From a virus (lineage: Duplodnaviria > Caudoviricetes), in IMG/VR virus record IMGVR_UViG_3300021559_000001, positions 1 to 56,029 of that record: DNA of 56,029 bases, one strand, 5' to 3'. Made by a program: the position numbers and the translations under genes. The notes beneath the pieces were generated by a model that was given only the letters and a program-made list of their open reading frames with translations, was not told where the DNA came from and searched no databases. Of this stretch, positions 55,466 to 56,029 are shown one piece after another. Positions within the stretch are counted from its first letter, which is position 1; the number at the start of each line of letters is the position of its first letter.

Positions 55466-56000
55466 TCAATTCGTGGCTATCCATGAAACAGAGCTCCCTC
55501 CCGCTACTGCTATAACAAAGATCAAATTCGTAGTGGAAACTGGCCCACAGTACGCATCCCCTGGCGCCAGTTCCATCCCTGTTGCTGTGGTGATTCCTGT
55601 GGGACCGATGAAAACGGAGGCTGTGTTGGTCGAAATGGCCTTGATGCAGATGTTTTTAATAGAAAAGCCGCCCGCGAGAACGGTTGCGGCGTTGGTAACG
55701 GCTTGCTGGCCGGATTGTACGGCGACGTTGCCGCCGAGAAGCAGTGCTCCGTTTGCATCTGTTTGGATCGAATGAATAGTTGTACCTTGTGTGCCTGCCA
55801 TACGGACCGGGGGGTCGAGGAATAAATGAAAAGCTTCAGACTGCGATCCGTTAACCGAAACGCCCGCACCGCCAGGACTGAGCGGTATTGGATCAAGGAC
55901 CCCACCAATCGCGTCGAATCCCGCTACGAACACTGGAGGAGTTGTCGGTGGGCTTGCGGATGCTGTTGGGCCATCCACTACACAGGGACTTCCGGCCGTG
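55466..56000 (-). CDS. C-terminal part of the junction-spanning virion protein (starts at 464)
   Basis: In frame with 1..464; C-terminal IKA..TN..VFIG..TG.EL.PG beta-sandwich. Confidence 0.75.
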
Positions 56001-56029
56001 CATCCGCTGAAAATCGCTGAAGCGCTGCC

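Noticed and set aside
56001-56029. Biological terminal repeat of a linear genome
   Set aside because: It falls in the middle of a gene and is most simply a k-mer overlap from circular assembly

Overview
The window appears to be one complete circular ~56.0-kb dsDNA virus genome. Bases 1-29 are repeated at 56001-56029, and a minus-strand ORF reads in frame across the junction. I found no terminase, portal, tail, integrase, DNA polymerase or packaging ATPase. A ~30-kb minus-strand structural region carries a putative beta-rich (jelly-roll-like) major capsid protein with a terminator, paralogous minor capsid-like proteins, very basic Asn-Pro-repeat core proteins and many small membrane-anchored proteins with G-[L/M]-G motifs. 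It also has a transglutaminase-like Cys-His-Asp enzyme, spikes (one with a DUF3494 ice-binding domain, two beta-propellers) and a lysozyme-like protein. By inference this is a tailless, membrane-containing virus, probably of Acidobacteriota. The replication/accessory region encodes DnaB, a putative initiator, an SNF2-like helicase, a DNA methyltransferase, GroES, a J-domain protein, a papain-like peptidase, a glycosyltransferase and a Tat-signal-bearing paralog of the capsid protein. The main unexplained signal is a family of ~45-50 degenerate ~50-bp sites (three subtypes) in mostly alternating orientation. Inverted pairs of these sites bracket accessory 'cassettes' (genes, a tRNA, small RNAs, or nothing) inserted between core genes. 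They supply RBSs, are translated as in-frame linkers, and lie next to duplicated gene-end scars. This is a candidate cassette-exchange or genome-organising system with no recognisable recombinase in the genome. All calls were made by eye; no database searches were run.
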